The translations under genes and the position numbers were made by a program. The notes under the pieces were generated by a model that searched no databases, had not been told where the DNA came from, and saw only the letters and a program-made list of their open reading frames with translations. Below, one piece after another: positions 8,162 through 10,788 of a DNA stretch of 10,788 bases (position 1 is the first letter of the stretch; every line of letters begins with the position of its first letter). The DNA lies in the NCBI GenBank assembly GCA_963705705.1, contig CAVPKK010000002.1:1-10788 (forward strand), written 5' to 3'. Origin of the DNA: an uncultured bacterium. GTDB taxonomy: Bacteria > Babelota > Babeliae > Babelales > JABCYS01.

Positions 8162-9147
8162 TTAACAACTCAACAGTTGATCCGAATAAAATTTTGCCTC
8201 TCACCTATCTATGGGCACGAGAATATTATAAATCTGGTGTTGCAAATAATTGGTCACCGGAAGAAATCTCAATGCAACAAGACGTTGAGCAGTGGCGTTC
8301 ACGAACTGCATTAAGTGAAGCAGAACGCCGGTTGATTCTTTGGAATTTAGGTTTCTTCTCGACTGCTGAATCACTGACCGCAAACAATTTGGTGCTTGCC
8401 GTTTATCGCCATGTGACCAATCCAGAGTGCCGGCAATACCTATTACGCCAAGCATTCGAAGAAGCAATCCATACCGATACGTTCATATATTGTTGTGATT
8501 CGCTCGGATTAGATCCAGATGAGATTTATAACATGTATGAAACTATTCCTTCGATTAAAGCTAAAGACAGTTTTGTAGTGCAATTAACTACATCTCTCTT
8601 TGATCCAAATTTTGTAACTGATTCACCACAAAATATTCAACGCTTCATGCATGATCTTATTGGCTTCTATGTGATCATGGAAGGTATTTTCTTCTATGCT
8701 GGTTTTGCCATGATGCTTGCTCTTAAACGTCAGAAGAAAATGATTGGTATCGGTGAGCAGTTTGAATATATTATGCGCGATGAAAGCCTGCATTTAGCAT
8801 TCGGCTGCGATTTGATTAATACCATCAAAGCAGAAAACCCTGATGTATGGACGCAGCAGTTCCAAGATGAATTGATAGCATTGATTGAAAAGGCAGTAGT
8901 CTTGGAAAAGAACTATGCCTATGATGCCTGCCCAGAAGGATTACTTGGCATCAATGCAAAACAGTTCTCTGACTATGTAGAATACATTGCCGACCGCCGC
9001 CTTGAACGCATCGGATTGCCAAAGATATACAACAAGGAAAACCCTTTCCCTTGGATGTCACAAACAACCGACTTGCCAAAGGAAAAGAACTTCTTCGAAA
9101 CCCGCGTGACTGAATACCAGTCCGCCGGCTCTCTTGAGTGGGAGTAA
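8158..9147 (+). CDS. nrdB: Ribonucleotide reductase beta subunit, class Ic (R2c, Mn/Fe) signature
   Basis: Ferritin-like ligands E71, E102, H105, E175, E209, H212. F109 occupies the radical-Tyr position (EEAIHTDTF). C-terminal NFFETRVTEYQ motif. Confidence 0.95.
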   Translation: MINNSTVDPNKILPLTYLWAREYYKSGVANNWSPEEISMQQDVEQWRSRTALSEAERRLILWNLGFFSTAESLTANNLVLAVYRHVTNPECRQYLLRQAFEEAIHTDTFIYCCDSLGLDPDEIYNMYETIPSIKAKDSFVVQLTTSLFDPNFVTDSPQNIQRFMHDLIGFYVIMEGIFFYAGFAMMLALKRQKKMIGIGEQFEYIMRDESLHLAFGCDLINTIKAENPDVWTQQFQDELIALIEKAVVLEKNYAYDACPEGLLGINAKQFSDYVEYIADRRLERIGLPKIYNKENPFPWMSQTTDLPKEKNFFETRVTEYQSAGSLEWE

Positions 9148-9205
9148 ACTACAATAAGCCGAACGGTTTCAATTAAGACAATTATACCCAGTTATTTCGC
9201 TTAGC

Positions 9206-9241
9206 CGCGCTCATCCTGAGTTTATCGAAGGATATAGCGCG
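9206..9241. repeat. Single REP-like hairpin of the same family as 1914-2011
   Basis: CGCGCTCATCCTGAGTTTATCGAAGGATATAGCGCG. Its reverse complement contains TCCTTCGATAAACTCAGGATGAGCG, matching TCCTTCGACAAGCTCAGGATGAGCG (1975-1999) at 23/25 positions. Confidence 0.8.
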
Positions 9242-9265
9242 AATATGAGCAGATGATCAACGAAT

Positions 9266-9298
9266 AAAAGCAAAAGCCCTTGGCATAAGAACCAAGGG
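9266..9298 (-). terminator. Intrinsic terminator oriented for a minus-strand transcript
   Basis: Perfect 7-bp stem CCCTTGG (9277-9283) / CCAAGGG (9292-9298) with an 8-nt loop, followed on the minus strand by CTTTTGCTTTT. Confidence 0.65.
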
Positions 9299-9300
9299 TA

Positions 9301-10140
9301 AATCAGATTTATTTGCGATGAATAACGTTCAAAATATGAGTACTGGCTTTAGCGTGTATTGAAAAGTTGGAAGAAACTTTTGCATTTGCATCCCGTAAAA
9401 TCCTATCGGCTGTATTGGAGCTTGTGGCTGAACTTCCTTCTACATTACATCCTCGTCTTCAAAGCGTTAGTTTTATTATAGACCATAAATAAATTAGCTA
9501 TGCAATGAATGCTTAACGATCAGCATTTGCCCTTGAAGGGAATCAACCGAGAACGTGAGGACACAACGAAATATGCAATGTAAACGTAAACATGCCTGCT
9601 TCATTGACCAATATTACGAATTATGAATCACGAAATCATTCAACTGGAACAAATGATCATCATTTTATTGTCCTTTTGTTTCGTCTTGCGTAACCGAGAA
9701 TCTATTCCTTTAATTGAATTTCTTACGCTTTTGCTCTCGGATGCGTCCTAAACGTCCACAATGCCCAATAAAAGTATGATCATTTGTTCCAGTTGAATGA
9801 TTTCGTGATTCATAATTCGTAAATATGGTCAATGAAGCAGGCATGTTTACGTTTACATTGCATATTGCGTTGTGTCCTCACGTTCTCGGTTGATTCCCTT
9901 CAAGGGCAAATGCTGATCGTTAAGCATTCATTGCATAGCTAATTTATTTATGGTCTATAATTAAAACTAGACTCGAGAGACGAGGATGTAATGTAGAAGG
10001 AAGTTTCTAGCCCACAAGCTCCAATAGTGGCCGAGAATAGGATTTACGGGATGCAAATGCAAAAGTTTCTTCCAACTTTCAATACACGCTAAAGCCAGTC
10101 TGCATATTTTGAACGTTATTCATCGCAAATGAATCTAATT
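9301..10140. repeat. Long imperfect inverted repeat: arms 9301-9670 and 9766-10140, spacer 95 nt
   Basis: Read by eye. 9475-9568 is the exact reverse complement of 9868-9961 (94 nt). The remainder matches with about ten short clusters of substitutions or indels. Confidence 0.97.
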
Positions 10141-10788
10141 AACACGGGCAATTCGCAGCTTCTCCGTGAAACGAGTGCCGTTCGTGAGAATTACGCACTT
10201 GACGGAACTTTCAAAGGCTATCGTCCTGCTTACCCAAAAATTCCATTTTCCGATTTAATATTCATTCATTTTATTTAAATATTCGTCCATTTACCCAATG
10301 CACGGATTGACATTGAGATAAGCTTCCAAATCAGTTATCATAATTTTTATGATTCATAAAGCTTGGCTTGGGTTATTTGGGGGAAAAGTGATAAGAAATG
10401 TAAGCATGTTTGCTTGGGATATTGTTGAATGTGCTGAATGCACACAACACAGCGCTTTATGCTTTGAACGAATGAGTTCAAGCGAGTTCAGCTGAAGACG
10501 TGGAAGTTTTAGTCCGTTTGAAGCTATCTGTCCGCCAAGTCCTGCTAGCCAGTACCCTTCCAGCTTCATTCCAAATCAACCCAACATTCCACATTTCCAG
10601 TTACGGTTGCAGAATTTGGACTTGGTTCACGGCCCTCGAGACTGTCGAGACTCGACATTGTGCTTCGTCGGAAGGCAAAAAGGTAAGCGTGCCACAATTA
10701 AGTGCCACTTGGAGTTGCGTCTAAATCCGACCTGCTTTGTGCTCTAGCATACGTTCTTGACCTAATCGCTCAAATTATTTCAGGTCAT

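Noticed and set aside
989..8467. Short alternative-frame or antisense ORFs (989, 1269, 2949, 3803, 3838, 4894, 4953, 5505, 5915, 7829, 7915, 7919, 8201)
   Set aside because: All lie wholly or mostly within well-supported genes and show no recognisable motifs; treated as shadow ORFs.
5575..9147. Intein or group I/II intron in nrdA/nrdB
   Set aside because: Both ORFs are continuous and of normal length, with no intein or homing endonuclease motifs.
9301..10140. Bacterial IS element or invertible promoter switch
   Set aside because: No transposase or recombinase and no evident target-site duplication. The arms are far longer than IS terminal repeats and the spacer is only 95 nt.
10635..10656. 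Short TCGAGAC tandem/palindrome
   Set aside because: Too short to distinguish from chance.
10354..10724. 71-aa minus and 74-aa plus ORFs as bacterial genes
   Set aside because: They overlap each other in antisense, lack a clear SD and have no recognisable motifs.

Overview
Bases 1-~9300 are a densely coding bacterial segment. In order it holds a partial hypothetical ORF coupled to a signal-peptide hypothetical, an EamA/DMT transporter, a 66-aa very basic protein, a nested REP-like palindrome, and a divergent DUF1343/NamZ + GH3 NagZ peptidoglycan glycosidase pair. These are followed by an N-terminally anchored WCGPC thioredoxin divergent from an nrdA-nrdB operon. NrdB carries the radical-less class Ic (Chlamydia-type Mn/Fe) signature, and its best-looking start is out of frame across an A7 run. 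Gene style suggests an intracellular protist-associated lineage such as Dependentiae/TM6; this is inference only. After ~9300 coding density collapses. A ~840-bp inverted repeat (~370-bp arms, 95-bp spacer) starts right beside a minus-strand terminator, and the last ~400 bp contain eukaryote-like splice signals. This tail is either an unusual hairpin/foldback element, a bacterium-eukaryote junction, or an assembly artefact.
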